From positions 111,478,001 through 111,542,000 of the forward strand of contig NC_045697.1 in assembly GCF_009834535.1 (NCBI RefSeq): a DNA stretch of 64,000 bases. Reading direction: 5' to 3'. The translations under genes were made by a program, and so were the position numbers. This DNA comes from Camelus ferus. Its lineage: Eukaryota. The notes under the pieces are model-generated. The model was not told where the DNA came from. It was given only the letters and a program-made list of their open reading frames with translations, and did no database searches. This document shows positions 35,901 to 50,900 of the stretch, piece after piece (positions within the stretch are counted from its first letter, which is position 1; the number at the start of each line of letters is the position of its first letter).

Positions 35901-38900
35901 GCACAGCTGACTGTGTGAGATGGAAGGTCTAGTAGGATGAACTATATATTCTGTTCTGCAGTGGGAGTTCTTGCAGTCCTACATACTTAGTCTCCCTTAG
36001 TGATCACATTGAAATTAAAGAGAAATTAAGGAGAGTGTTTCTGGGGGAATGGAGGGTGCATCCTGCAACACCATCCAATGGTGCACAGTGAGTTTGAGAA
36101 TCATCAGGAATTTATTTTGGATTATGAGAACTGGCATGAAGATAACGGTGTTTCCAGGAAGACTAGCATTTCCCAAAATCAGCACCTAGCTACCCTGAAT
36201 CCATTTTCCATTTCTATTTCCCTTCCATATATCTTCTTTTTAAGCAGTTAGTTCCCTAATCTTGAAGACCTCAGCTTTCTTAAAATTACTGTTGTTGTTT
36301 TAGCTTTTCCATTTTCTAGAAATCCTTAACTGTATTAAATTGGAGTTACCTTCTTCAGGCTTCCCCTCCAGATTCAGATTAACAACCAGCTTCTTAATCT
36401 GGTATAAATATTTACTCAACTAGGCTAAATGCCTTGAGAACTGGGCTCCAGAACATGCTACCTGGTAGGGACTCAAAAAGGTTTGTGCTGAGAATGGATG
36501 AATTCAAGTATCAAATAAAGAGGGTTCCTCCTCTAATTTAGTTTCTATGATCATTACCAAAAAGCAGCCTCTAACAGAAGTTATAAGTTAACTGAAGGAT
36601 CTCATCAATGTGCTATGCTGCAGACACTAAGCTAGGCATTCACTATATAAGATTATTACGAAAGTTTCTGCCTAAAAGAGCAAGTCTATTAGGGAAACTC
36701 AGATCAGTAAAAGAACAATGGAAATACACAGTGATACTAGTAAAACTTTAAATAGAATTCAACATAAATTTCACAATCATAAACTAGACAAATACCTGCA
36801 TTTCTCCTGCACATGTTCATATCTGCAACCTGTCTCCATGAGTTGGTGGCAGGATCATACACTTCGACACTTTTTCGCACTAGAGGGCCATCATGACCCC
36901 CTACAGCATACAATAAGTTGTTTAACACACCAACACCTGTAAAACACAAAGAACCAAAGTATAGTAAAGGGGACAAGAAATTTATAACATATTAGGGTTT
37001 ATTCAAATGACTTTCAAATAAAACTTCTGAAATGATTATTCATAGTAAGTCAATATTCAAAAGTAAAACCTAAGAAATGAAAATGAATAGAATTCCAAAT
37101 AAGAATCTCAATAAGAACTACTGTTCTAAAAAAGAAGCATGTCAAATAGAATAAAAATAAAATGCAGCTGAAAACAGAGAGGGAAGTCCTTTAACATAAC
37201 CCTTCTGAAAACAGCTTTCATGATAAAAGCAAACAAGTATTAAAGCAAAAAATGTGTAAGAAATGGCTCTCAAAAGAGCTGATTATTAAGCAAGTTCCCC
37301 AATAAGCACTAGAAACAAAAAAGTAAACGCAATGCCAAACAATATAAATAATGTAATGAAACAGGAAAGAGGTCTTTAACACGGCACTTCAGAAATTTTA
37401 CGAAGTGAAATTTAAATGCAGCAGTCTACTGCTCTACACGCATAATTCAAAAGACATTTTAACAGTGTCACTAGAATCAGGACATATTTTCCGAAAACAT
37501 AAAAAGATGCCGACAAATCACTGTTTAATTGTCTTCCATCATCTCCGTGCTCCAGGCGCTGCCCGCGGTCCCACTCACCGGCCCCGCTGCGCCGGGTGCT
37601 CATCTCCGCGATGTAGGTCCACTCGTTGGCCGCGGCGCTGTAGCACTCCACCGTGCTGAGACACTGACGCGACGCGCCATCGTAGCCCCCGACAGCGTAC
37701 AGCAGGCCTAGCCACGGAACCACAAGGAGAGTCAGGTTCATAAAAAGCTGTTTTTTTGCAAATCAGAAAAGAATATATTTTTCCTTTGTGGTAGCAGAGT
37801 TTCCCTTTAAAGCGTTACTGGTTTTTACAAACTACTAAAATCTTATCTAATGGTGAGAGGTGGAGTTATCCAGTCACATTAAGAAGATCTGTGGGACATA
37901 TACGGTGATACTAATTTAACACGTTCATCTGACTGACAGAACAGAAAGGACACTCATTATGCCTTTGGGTAACACTATTTGGTAACGGCACAACATCCTG
38001 GAAAATCAAATTAAATATCAAAGTTACCTCAGTAAATTGAAAAAAAAAGTTAAATCAAGAATTAGCACCAGTATACCATGAAATATTATTTGGCAACAAA
38101 AAGAAATGAGGTACTGGTAAATGCTACAGCATGAATGAACCTTGAAAACATTACGCCAAGTCAAAGAAGCCAGTCACAAAGGACCATATACTGTATGATT
38201 TCATTAATATGAAATGTCCGTCAGTGGAAAATTTATACAGAGATAGAAAGTAGAGTAGTGTTTGTTGAGGGCTGGGAGGAAGGGGGTGACAGTCAAGGGA
38301 GTAGGGCTGCTTTTTGGGATAATAAAAATGATTTAACATGAATTGCATACATGTACACTGGATTGTACACTTTAAACAAGTCAATGATATGGTATGTGGA
38401 GTCTATCTCAGTAAAGCTGCTAAAAAAAGTCAGTGCAGAGGATTATACCCACCTTGGGGAGGGGAGTGGGAACACACAAAGTTATTCAAGCAATTAAAAA
38501 AAAAATCACACAAAAAAAATCATACTTACAGCCTTTCTTAAGGGGGGGACAAGGTAGGATATAAATAAAGAACTGTGGCAACCCATCCCTTAAATGTTAA
38601 ACAGCCGTTCTCCAAATGTAAAATTTCATATTCGTGTCATCCGGTTTGTTCCCCAAACCACAGTATTAAGAGGAGTTAGTTTTATGTAGGTTACGGGGAA
38701 GGGGGAAGGAGAGGCCAGAGGGTGGGCTGCCTTATATAGGTTAGTATATAGACGAGCCGATTTCAAAAAAAGGATAACGAATATTTTACAATAACCACTA
38801 CTTTCTCTCTTTAAATGATCACTTCCTTGCCCATTTAGAAAGCTGGTGTCCAGGTGACCGGGAAGAACCACTCCTAACAACCAGGAGGCCAGCCGTACCT

Positions 38901-41900
38901 CCAACGACACCGACGCCCACACTGCTCCTCCTTGTGTTCATCGGGGCCACGTGGAACCACTCGTTAGACTTGATGTTGTACGCCTCCACGGAGGACAGAC
39001 CTGCAGGGAACACGGCACAGAGGGCTTCACCTCCTCCTTGGGTTCCTTACATATTCAGCCACATTAAATTGGGCTAAAATCCAATTGCATGATAAACAGG
39101 AATGGCTTCTCTTCCAGACAGTTCCTACCCAAGCTACTGACATTTATTGGCTTTTTAAAGTTCAGAAGATATCTGATACTGAAGCATGGGGAAGAAAAGT
39201 TACATACTCAGCACTCTCATGTCATTTAAAGGAATTCTGGATGGAAAATTTAAACTTGTCTTTAAAATACATGTTAAAATACTCTAATGTGTCCTAATTT
39301 GCCAGGACTTGTTCCATAAATGTGACTGCTACGTTAACTCTTACAGCAATGTAGAAAGGATGAAAGGAAATTGCCTGTACTCCCGTCAAAGCCTCCCACA
39401 GCATATAACAGTCCATTCAGTACAGCAGCCCCCAGAGTGCTTCTCCGGTCCCGCATGTTAGCAACGCTGGTCCACTGATCTTTCACGGGGTCGTAGGAAT
39501 CTACAGTGCGGACCCTCAAGGAGCCATTAAAGCCACCAACAGCAAAAACGAGTCCAGCCATGTAGACCATCCCTGCAAAAGAAATACAGCCATTAATGAT
39601 GTGCACATGACCCAACTGCTGCCATCACCTAAAGTCTGCATCCCAGTAAGCCTTCTGCTGCTGTCAGAATATAAGCTCCCCTCAGGAGAAGCCTGACTGA
39701 ATGGGCCCTACTCATTAGCAATTTAGTCAATATACAATGACTAACTTGTGTTCCTTTCTATTACTGAATTATGCAATGGCATAGGCTGAGGTACTATTTT
39801 GACTTTGGCTTTTTCAAATACTTATTTGTAGACTTAAACAATGGGCCAATATTTTCCAGCTACTTGAACCTGTACACATCTCCCAGGGCTTTCAATTTTG
39901 GACCTTTTACTCCATATGTTTATACTTAATTTGCACAACAGGCTCTCAGTTTATCATGTTAGTGGGCTAAATCAGGGGTTGGTAAATTATAGCCAGCAGA
40001 CTATTTTTGTAGAACCTCATTGAGCAAAGAATGTTTTTTACGGTTTTAAATGGTTGAAAAGCAATCAAGAAAAAGAACATTTTGTGATGCATAAGAAGTC
40101 ATATAAAATTAAAATTTCAGGGCCCATAAATAAAGATTTATTGAAACACAGCCCTACCCATTCATTATGTAGTGTCTGAGGCTGCTTTTGACTACAGCGG
40201 CACTTGATGAGTTGTGACAGAGACCGATAACCCACAAAGCCACATATACTTAGTGTCTGGTCCTTTAAGAAAAAGTTTGCTTGCCCAGGGGCTAATTCTG
40301 GGATGCTTGAGGATATCTGGACGGAGAAACTAGGCTGCCGGACTCGGGGCCTCCACCACCCTTCACGTTCCTGAGTTTTCTCATGCTGCTGTCCTGATCT
40401 AAGAAGAGCCCCTTCCAGTTGCACACCCCAGTGAGAGTTCCACATGCTCTAGGAGGCCTTCCCCGCACTAGTCCTGAAGGGACTACCGCTAACTCCTAAT
40501 CCCCTATAGCAAATAACACCTACTTTAAGGCTAAAAAATCTTATGTAGTTTGCAATATCATTGTTTTAAAGTGTTGAAACTTTTATTGTTCTTAAATTCT
40601 ATAACATTTATGTCACTGCCCCAGCTAGAGGGCAGGCCCTGTGACTCACAGTTCCCTGAATCCCACTGGGAGTACAGGAATCACCAGTTCCAAGTGTCTG
40701 ACTAACAACGTTTCGTATGATGTCATCAGGCAAGCATGTACCACTACTCCCCAATGTCTTACCCTCTGGTGCTCTATCCCCCAACCCTGCCCCCAAAATT
40801 CATATGGATGTGCAGTCTTTCATATGGCGTGAAGACCCTGCAGTTCAGATGAAGTGGACTGTATTGGCAGTTAGGTTTCCGGTTCAGTCAGGAAATGAAC
40901 AGTCAAGCTATACTCTGGAAAATCCAGAGTATGTGAGGAGAGCTGTGGGCAATGGCCAATTTAACTAGGCAGAGAACTAGCAAATAATTTAGGGTAACCA
41001 TTGGATTTCCTGAGGACCCTCGACAGCAGGGGATGTGGCAGATCTCCTGGGAGGGCCTGGGGACAGTGAGCAGTGACACAGCAGGCAGCATGCAGAACCA
41101 TAAGAAAATGTTAAATATCCACCAACAGATTAAGTCCTATCACTAGTCCTGTAACAAGTCCCATCATGTATAATACAGCACAATAATTAAAACTGTTCTG
41201 TTTTAATGCATGAGGCAAGACAAGTCAATGGACCAGAACAAAAAATTCAGAATAAAATCTAGTACATTTAGAAATTTACTATATGATAAAGCAGCACTTA
41301 AAATGAGTGGATACAGGTAGACTGGACAATAAAAGGTGTTATAACAACTGGCTAGCCATTAAAAAAAAAAATCCACATCTTCTTTCATCAAAATTAAGTC
41401 CAGATTTTTTTATATAAATATAAAAAATAAAACTGTAAAAGTACTAGAAAAAACTCATACTTTAAAAATATAATTTGGGTGGAGGGTATACCTCAGTGGT
41501 AGAGTGTGTGCTTAGCATGCACAAGGTCCTGGGTTCAATCCCTAGGACCTCCATTAAGTAAGTAAGTAAATAAATAAATCTAATTTACCCCCCACCACAC
41601 ACACAAAAAACCAAAAAACAAACAAAAACGAAGATTCTTTGAAAAAAAGAGAAAAAGACAACTTTAAATAAATAAATATATATATATTTTAAAAAAATAT
41701 ATAAATTTTATTATAGCTGAGAAACCTGGCAGACACTACCTTTTTCAAGTGACCAAGGTTAAAGTCACCAGAAATAATCATAATTACCCCAATCTAATGA
41801 TGAGAAAATATTAAACCCAAAACTGAGACATTCTTCAAAATACCTGACCAAGTGCTCATCAAAAGAATCAAGGGCATGAAAGACAGGAAAAGACTGAGGA

Positions 41901-44900
41901 ACTGTCACAGATCAGAACATACTAAGAAAATACAACAACTAAATGAAATGTAAGAAAGGAGGATCAAGATGGCAGAGTAGGAAGACATGGAGCTCACTTG
42001 TCCCAACAAACACATCAAAAATACATCTACATGTGGAATAAATCTCACAGAAAACCAGCTAGAAACTGGCAGAAGATCTCTTTTGCAACCGAAGCTGCAA
42101 GAAAGATCTCCATGTAACCAGGTAGGATGGGGAAAAAAAGCATTCAGGGCGGCACTGGCATCTCTCAGATGAAATGTTGAGCTAGTCAAACACTTAGATC
42201 TGGTGATTCAGGGCAGGGCATCCCTGGGAAGTATCTGTGAAGGAGGAAAGGTCCACACTGGCAGGTGCACATCCTGGGGAGCCTCCTTACTGCTGGAAGG
42301 TCAACTGGGACAGAGAGAAGGCCTAGAGTGACCTGGAGTTGGCTTGCAACGAGGGGGCGAATGCTAGTTTCTTAGCAATCAGGGCAGAGGAAAGAAGTCA
42401 GTTACAAGTGAACCCTCATAAGGTTATCAGCTGATTTCTCTGCAGAAACTCTGCAGGCTAGAAGGCAGTGGCAAGGGAAGAACCTGCAACCTAGGATTCC
42501 CTACCCAGCAAGGTTATCATTTAGAATAGGAGAAAGAATTTCTGAGACAAGCAAAAACTAAAAGAATTCAATGATACTAAACTAAACCCTAAAAGAAACA
42601 GTGAGAGGTCTTCTCTAAAAAGAAGTACGAATCTATAGGAAAAGGAAAATCACAATGGGAAAAGCAAGTGTGTAAGAGAATTGAAGATCACTTAAATAAG
42701 TCAGTACATATATTAAAAAAAAAAATCAAAAAATTTTGTAAAAGTGATTATAACTATAATTAACAGCAAAAGGATAAACATGAAGATGTAAAACAGGACA
42801 TCAAAATCACAAAGTATGGGGGAGGGGAGTAAAAATTATAGATCTTTTAGAATGTGTTTGAACTTATATGACTATCAGACTATAAAGCAAGCAGATACAG
42901 TTACGGATCAATATACTTGAAAAACAGGGTAATCAATCAGAAATATACCACAGATTCACAAAAAAACAAGAAGAAAGGAACTCAAGCACAATACATAAGA
43001 AAACTATCAAACAACAAGAGGGAAAATAGAAGACATGAACAAAGAAGAACTACAAAATCAACTGGAAAATAAAATGGCAATAAGCACATATTTGTGAATA
43101 ATTACCTTAATTGTCAATGGATTAAATATTCCACAGTGGCAGATTGGATTAAAAAACAAGAAATTACAACATGCTGCCTACAAGAGACTCACTTCAGGGT
43201 GAAAGACACACAGATTCAAAGTGAGAAGATGGTAAAAGATATTTCATTCAAATGGAAGTAACAAGAAAGCACGGGTAACAATATTCGTATCAGACAAAAT
43301 GGACTTTAAAACAAAGTTTATAAAGAAAAACAAAGAAGGACATTACATAATGATAAAGGGACCAATATAAGAAGAGGATATTACACTCACTGACATATAT
43401 GTACTCAATATAGGAGCACCTAAATATATAAAATACATACTAAAAAAACAAAGGGAGAAATTGACAAGAATACAAAACAGTGGGAAAATTTAACAACCCA
43501 CTGATATCAATGAACAGATCTTCCAGACAAAAAAAAAATCAAAAAGGAAACAGAGGTCTTAAATGGCAAAATAGAACAACAGGCCTTAATTAGTATCTAC
43601 AGGACATTACACTCAAAGAAAAACCAGACAACACATGGAACACACATGGAACGTTCTCTAGGAAAGACCATATACTAGGTCACAAGACAAATGTCAACAA
43701 ATGTAAGAAAACAGATTATGTCCAGCATGTTTTCTGACCACAATGGTATGAAACCAGAAATCAACCATAGGAAGAAAAATGGGAATAAAACAAACACGTG
43801 GAGACCAAAAACATGCTACTAAAAAAAACAATCAGTCAGCAATCAAATAAGAAATAAGAAAGTATCTCAAGACAAACAATGAAAACATAACCTTACAAAA
43901 TCTATGGGATGTGGCAAAAGAGGTTCTAAGAGAGAATTTCATAGCCATACAGGTCTTCCTCGAGAAACAAGAAAAATCTCAAATAAACAACCTCACCTAC
44001 CACCTAAAAGAATTAGAAGAAGAACAAACAAAACACAATGTCAGCAGAAGAAAGGAATATAATAAAGATCACAGAGGAAATAAAATGAAGATCAAAAAAC
44101 AATAGAAAAGATCAATAAAACTAAGAGGTGGTTTTTAGAAAAGATAAAAAAAAAAAAAATCAACAAACCTCTAGCCAGGTTCACCAACAAGAACTGAGAG
44201 TGGACCCAAATAACCAAAATGAGAAATGGAAGAGGAGAAGTAACCAATACCACAGAGATACAAAAAATTCACGAGAATATAACAAACAGTTATAGGCCAA
44301 CAAATTGGACAACCAGAAGAAATGGACAAGTTTCTAGAAACATACAGCCAGCCCAATTTGAGACAAGAAAAAACATAATTTGAACAGACTGATCACTAGC
44401 AATAAAACAGAATCTGTTAAAACAAAACAAAACAAAACAACTCCCTTCAAACGTAAGTCCAAGACCAAATGGCTCTACGGGGGAACTGTACCAAACATAC
44501 AAAGAACTTATACCTATCCTTCTCAAATTATTCCAAAAGACTGGTGAGGGAACATTCCCAAAGTAATTTTGTGAAGCCACCATCACCCTGATACCAAAAC
44601 TAGACAAAGAGACTACACAGAAAGAAAATTACAGGCCAATACCTTTGATAAATATAAATGCAAAAATCCTCAACAAAATATAGCAAATTGAATCCAACAA
44701 TACATAAAAAAGCATCATATACCATGATAAAGCTGAATTCATTTCAGGATCATAAGAATGGTTCTACATACACAAATCAATCAATCTGATACATCTATTA
44801 ACAAAAGGAAAGACAAAAGGCACATGATCATCTCAACCGAGGCAGAAAAAGCATTTGATAAATTTGAACATCCATTCATGATAAAAACTCTCACCAAAGT

Positions 44901-47900
44901 GGGTATAGAGGGAACTGAGCTCAACATAATAAAGCCAGCTATGACAAACCCACAGCCAACATAATACTTCAATTAAAAAAATAATAAAAATAAATGCAAT
45001 GTGGGATCTTGAAATAGAATAAGGACATTAATGGAAAAAATGATAACTTATAAGTCTGTAGTTTAGTTAACAGTAATGTACCAACACTAATTTCTTAGTT
45101 TTGATAACTGCAACACAATTATAAGATATTAATATTAGGGAATTACACACACATATATTATTATACACATAAATAATTTTTGAGTAAGCCTCTTCTACAC
45201 AAGAAATGAATCCTAAGGTCCAAAGGCAAAACTCTGTGGTACTTCATAAAAAGATAAAATAGTTACATGGAAAAAATAACACAAATAAAGTCAACAGATA
45301 AAAAATTAATATAAATAAATATTCACACCACAAATGACAGACAAAAAAATTACCCTCCTTAACATCTGACAAATTGATAAAACAATATAATTAAAAAATG
45401 GCAAAAATCATTAACTGACAATTCAGAAAGATGTTTAATTTTCCTCATAATAAAAGTGCAAAGTAGATGAGACAGTATTTTTCACCTACCAGATTGGCAA
45501 AACTCGAAACATTTAATTACAAGGTGTTACAGGGTATGTAGGGAAACTGGCACCTTCATATTTTACTGTTAGTAGAAGTAATAATTGATGTATCCTCTTA
45601 GGATAGCCTCTGAATCATTAATTCTAGTGTTAGAGTTTTATCCCCCTAAAATATATTGGCACATGGACATAATGATGTATGTATAAGGAATTCATTGCCG
45701 CATTGTTTATAATGTAAGAGTAAAAACAAGTTCAATGTTCAATAAAAAGCTAGTAAAAATCATACTACCTCCAGACTCTCCTCCGAAGTATTAGACAGCA
45801 CTAAAAGAATGAGGTAACTATGCTGTTATGTAACTATCTCCAAGATGTATTGTTAAAGTACGACCATGATGGAAATGTTCCATTGCACTTAGAACTCATT
45901 TTGCTATGGGCGCTATGAATTACGGTTCCAGGTTTGAGTCCCAGGAAGAATCCTTAGAGTTTGCAACTGCCTCTTCTGATTGCAGTTTTGGCTAAATAAG
46001 GTCTATTTCAACAAATGTCTGTGAAACAAATGCTTGGAAGAAGGCAACTGTGGCTCATAGATAAGTCAGGAATCGCTTAGAACAGAGGGTCCCAATTCTA
46101 AAGATTCTTTCTTAGCACTTCAGCAAAGGCAACGAGGAAAATATCCAGTAAATTGCAAGCTACTCTGTCTTATACCAGAGAATCAGAAAAAAATGTAAAG
46201 CTGAAGACAGAGTGGCTTTCCCCATCAATGTCTTGTGAATTGCACGAAGCTCCTGAATCACTGTTTAACCACATAGCTATTTTAATCCAAGTTTTGCTAA
46301 TAAAGATTCTTCTAAATAAAATAAGACTTGAGAGAGAAGCTCTCAATGACCCAGTAGTAGGGAAATGACCATAATGCATCATGCTTACCTGCCCTACATC
46401 TCCTGGAAGGCAATTCTGCCACTTGGTGCCACCGTTCTTCTTTGAAGTCATAGCATTCCACACTTCGGATAGCCTTTGGTGCTTGGCCCCCGACCACCAC
46501 CATCAACTGGAAGGGCAGACGTATAAGCACTTGAACAAATAGCTATTGCATATTCAGGGATTTAAAAGATCTTACAAAGACACTGACGTGGAGAGTGTTA
46601 GGATGAAGATGGTAGGGTGAGCTGGGGGAAAACAATCACCTATTCAACATTTAATCAACATCAACAAAGGGGGCACATGTTAGAACTACAGTTCTATCAT
46701 CTAGCACATTGAGTCAAAAATAAGGATATCAGAAACTAAAATTAAGTTTCTGATCCTTCAAGCAAAAGCAGTATTTAAGCCAAAAACAGCAGGCAGTCAG
46801 CACTGGCAAGGCTGCAGTATGTCACAGGGCTTGCTATAAACTAGACCCCAGCTTGGTGATGACCAGGGATTAGATCTCCACAATCCAGGAGAGCAGAGTG
46901 GAGTGAAACTTATGTTAGTGGGTGGGCAATGTGAAAAGGACAGTAAGATATTAAAAGAAAGATGGAAGAAGGAAAAAAAATATTGAAAAAGGAAGACTAA
47001 TTGAGTTGGAGTTCACAAGAAAGCACAGATTCCTAGATCTCAAGTAAAGAGACCTCCCTGGATGCCCCACAAATAAAACAACCAAGAGGACAGATAATGG
47101 AGATACTAGAACTCATAATGAATGAATGCACAATGGTCGAGCACTGAGAATAAGTCTACAAATTTCTTCAATTTAACTCAATCCAACAACTATTTACTAA
47201 GAGCCTATCATCTGTATTTGACCAGAATTGTGCTAGGTGTTCTACATAAGAAATGTAAGATACGGTCTCTACCCTCAAGAGCTTACAGATATCACTAAGG
47301 AGACAAGACTCTAAAGTAATTCAAGAACAACTTACAATTAAATATGACCAGAAAACTACATGATTAGTTATAGACATTAATTGCTGCTCCTGATCAGACA
47401 ATGAAACGCAGCCATTTAGTGAATTTAGTGAAAGCTTCCTGGAGCGGGTGGAACCTTGAGAGTAGACAGAATTTCGCAGTCAACGTATCTGTTTTTACTG
47501 AGTACAAACAGGCACTCTTCGGCAACACTGAAAACATGGCTATGAAATCAGAAGAACATAAAAGCTAATGATGTCACATGTGGAATGCTGTAAAGAATGA
47601 CAAGATCCTTTCAAGGCAAAGGTGAGATGGTTCACAAGAAACAAAAAATCAACACAAATAGAAGACGGAATGAGTCATACATACAGAAAGGGGAGGTTTG
47701 CAACCTTGACTGAGTAATGACCTACCTGTACCTGGAACTATAGGAAGATGGGCAGACAGAAATCAGAGTAAATCCTGTTTCCAAAAAGAAGCCTATTTTC
47801 ATAATTTATTAACTGGAGAGTAGAAAGAGTTTTAATTTTAAAGATCTTAAAAAGAAGACTGAACGTAGACCAATTATATTATTTTTCACCAGACCTGCCC

Positions 47901-50900
47901 TTCTTTTAGTGTTGAATGCAAATAAATAAAAGGAAGAATTAACAAAGACTCCCTCCTATCCCCAAAGGAAAAAAGGGGAGGGGGCGAAGTTGTGAAATCA
48001 TAGGGGTGGAACAGACAGTAAGAGAAACCCTATATCCAGGGATTTACAGATTTGTGTTTAAACTTTTAAACTCTGACCAGCAGTTAGACAACAGTTGAAA
48101 GAGGCTTGGTTAACATCTCTGATGAAGATCAGTTTAAAAAAATCTCAGAAGGGGAGAGTTTTCAAAAAATCCTTGAGAAACAATATAGGTTTCTTAGATT
48201 TCATGATTCTCAACTATGAATCTCATGACTTCTATGCAATAATTCACTTTTGTACATCAAAATGAAGATGGAGGGGAAAATGTGCTACTGACCAGAGAGA
48301 AAAGTAGTAATGTCTGTCCTTTACTCACCCAAGAGAAGTGAAATGGGGTGAGGATGTGGGACTCCGCGAACCAGAGATAACAGGGAAAAGGAAGAACGTA
48401 TAATGGAAAGACATGAGCAGGGCTATCTGTACGAGATCAAGAGATGGTGCTAAAAGTCACTGTGCTACTTACCATCAAAAGAGGTGTCAGGGCTCTTAGA
48501 CTCCAATTATTTGTAAAAGACACCTGATCTCATTTGAGAAACACCGTACTACTTACACGAATGTAAAAGAATAGAAAACTAGGAAGACATTTGCATGAAA
48601 AAGTTAAATGTGACATATTTAAGGAAGGCAAAGGGTAGGGAGTTAAATTCAAGTGGCCATCCTGAAATGTAGGTCAATTAAACTTTGTTCTTTCATTTTC
48701 TTCACCTATTAAATATTAGTTTAAAATTGCCTCCTGAAATAATCAAGTTTTATAATTTTTCCAACTGGAAATCTCAATAGATATCCTGGGTAAATGAAAG
48801 AAAAACATATGCACAGAAATAGTACGATAGCACTTGTAAAAACAGAGGTCCCGAAGATAAAAGGAAGCGAACAATAAAGCACAGCAGCACAACATGCACG
48901 ATTTTCACTACGCTGTCCAAATCCAACAGTACCTTACGCAATCCCAAGACGGCGTACTGAAGATGCTAACCTAATGTTTGAGATACAAAGAGATCATCCG
49001 TGCAAATTAGCGTGAGTCCACAGAATCAGAGCCTAATAAATAAGTCAGTGTCATGGTAGACATATTATCTATCATTTCAGCACTGCTACCACATTCTGTC
49101 TGCTGTGTCTTAGCATGACTGTGATAAAGTGCATCATTACTATGAAGTTATGTCAGCATGAGAAATTCATCTTTGCCTCATTCTTGCCTACCTACGCAGA
49201 GTTAATCTTGACTAGAACCACTCTAAAAGGACAAATGGTGCTGCTGAAAAAGCATCCAACAAAACACTTTTTCAAAAACATGTGAGATAAACACACTTTG
49301 AGGAGACTATGCAGATGCAGCTCACTGCTCCCTGCCAGGTCTGCCAGTGCCTCCCCAGGCACCCTGAAAGGGCAGAAGAGAAGAGACCCTTCAGGGACCT
49401 GCATTCCCACCTCAAAATAAAGCCTGAAGAAGTGAGAAATCCAAAGTTAATACAGGTGGCAGGGACACTCCAAAGCCAACCAGAGAAGCCCAGAAACAAT
49501 GGCAACTGAACTGACAATCACAACTCCACGCAAAAGAGAAAAAAGAATACTTGATAGGATTTTCCCAAGAACTCTTCAGCACGTTTTCCAAAGTGACATA
49601 CTTATTCCAGAAATTAGAAGAGAATTAGTTTTCCCCCTAAGGGTAAAGCCAAAGCTAAAGATGCCAGAAGAGGGAATACACAAGAAGAGACTCTTTACAA
49701 ATAAAAATGTTTAAAAAGTACTAAAGATAAAACAAACTATTTAGAAGGAAGTTTGAAAGACTAGCATAAAGGAAATAACAATCTGAATGGGCTAAGGCTA
49801 TGAAAACCTTTTATGTATCTATTTTTTTTTTGTAGGAACAAAAACTGACACCAAATAATATGGACAAATATGAAGTAATGAAGACTTATAGAGATGGCTA
49901 CTTATAAAAGGAGGTAAAAGGGTATTTGGAAAATGTAAACACTTATAAAATCAGCAGACCCAGATGGCATGCATACTAAAGTGTTAAGGGAACTAGCTAA
50001 TGTACTTACTGAGCCACTTACAATTATTTTTGAAAAATCTTGGAGAACTGAGGAGAGATCAGAAAATTTAAAAAAGGCAAATACCAATTTTCAAAATAGG
50101 GTAGGAGGTGAATGCCTTGTAAATACCTTTTAAGTGATAATAATTCTTAGTAAAAATTTAGAATATTTTGAGAAAAGCGTTCGAACTTCTAGGAGCCTAT
50201 GAAACGATGAGTAAAAGGCAGAGGGATGTTTTAAAAAATCATGCCAAATTTGAACATATATGATCCTGAATCTCATCGGATGTTGTATGTCTAAATATTT
50301 ATTTTTGGCTTAGATAATAAACATAATCATATGGACCAAAACTTCCTAAAAATGGACTATGTCAGCAAGTGGGTATTTCTAATGAGGTGTCACCAGGAAG
50401 AATGCTGATGTCCATTCTAAATTAAAATATTTATTAACGGTCTAGAAAAAGGAGGGAGTAGCAAACTGGCAGAATACACAGTTGGTTCTAAATTGAGAAC
50501 TCCTGTTAACACTGGGCAAAACAGAAAAAACACTACTAATGTGCATTTGCAGCAATTAAAAATGTAGACTCAAAAAAACTTGAAAAGACACTAAATAAAA
50601 GCATTAATACGAAAAAATGTAAAAGACATAATTTAATGGAAAGATAAAGTAATAACTAAAGATGATACAAGAAACAGTGAATAACAGATTAGTTCTTATT
50701 TCTTAATCCATCATTGCCCCAAACACACGAGAGCTGAAAATCAATACAGAAATAAAAGCATTATGCTATGGATCACTCTGATTAGACCAGACATAAAATG
50801 GTGCTTAAAGCGCTGGTCCTCCAGTGCCACAAAGAGGCAAACGGAGCAGGAGGAGCTGCAAACAGAGACAGAAATGAGGGGTTATTTGTAAGGAAAATTA

